Shown: positions 63,939-64,000 of the stretch, piece by piece
How positions within the stretch are numbered: the stretch's first letter is position 1
How the letters are laid out: each line of letters begins with the position of its first letter
Assembly (NCBI GenBank): GCA_046563655.1
Contig: CM102284.1
Location: forward strand, 2,108,001-2,172,000
Direction: 5' to 3'
Source: Yuukianura sp. NJ FZ-2021
Taxonomy: Eukaryota
Length of the DNA stretch: 64,000 bases
Made by a program: the position numbers and the translations under genes
The notes under the pieces: generated by a model
What the model saw: only the letters and a program-made list of their open reading frames with translations
What the model was told of the DNA's origin: nothing
The model's database searches: none

Positions 63939-64000
63939 TATTCTCTTATACCTAAGTTTCTTCTGTTTTTGTTTTTCCAACTTTTATTTTCTTTTTTTTT

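Overview
Eukaryotic, AT-rich, intron-containing genomic DNA from an invertebrate, most consistent with a basal hexapod such as a springtail (inferred from a divergent gustatory-receptor-like gene, JHEH-type epoxide hydrolase, TATA+TCAGT promoter, short introns and several microbial-type genes; not proven). About 14 spliced genes can be reconstructed. The left arm (5.4-19 kb) holds a secreted aegerolysin/Cry34-like protein, a 5xPAN protein with a defensin-like tail, two tandem type-I Baeyer-Villiger-type monooxygenases lacking the catalytic Arg, an AIG1-like GTPase and a bacterial-type CAP protein. The right arm (37-64 kb) holds a trypsin, a PHOSPHO1/2-like phosphatase, a chemoreceptor, a ZIP zinc transporter, an epoxide hydrolase, a Ser-rich repeat protein, a DUSP and Sulf1. 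The dominant structure is a 16.4-kb composite satellite (20030-36413): 15 GC-rich blocks of 7/11-bp ACTGCGC(AAGC/AAGT) repeats strictly alternate with 14 blocks of a 59-bp AT-rich unit through two invariant junctions, with a ~3.4-3.7 kb higher-order period. The same 59-bp unit sits inverted inside a DINE-1/Helentron-like element at 41.3-42.2 kb, suggesting a transposon origin. No CRISPR array, rRNA or tRNA was seen.
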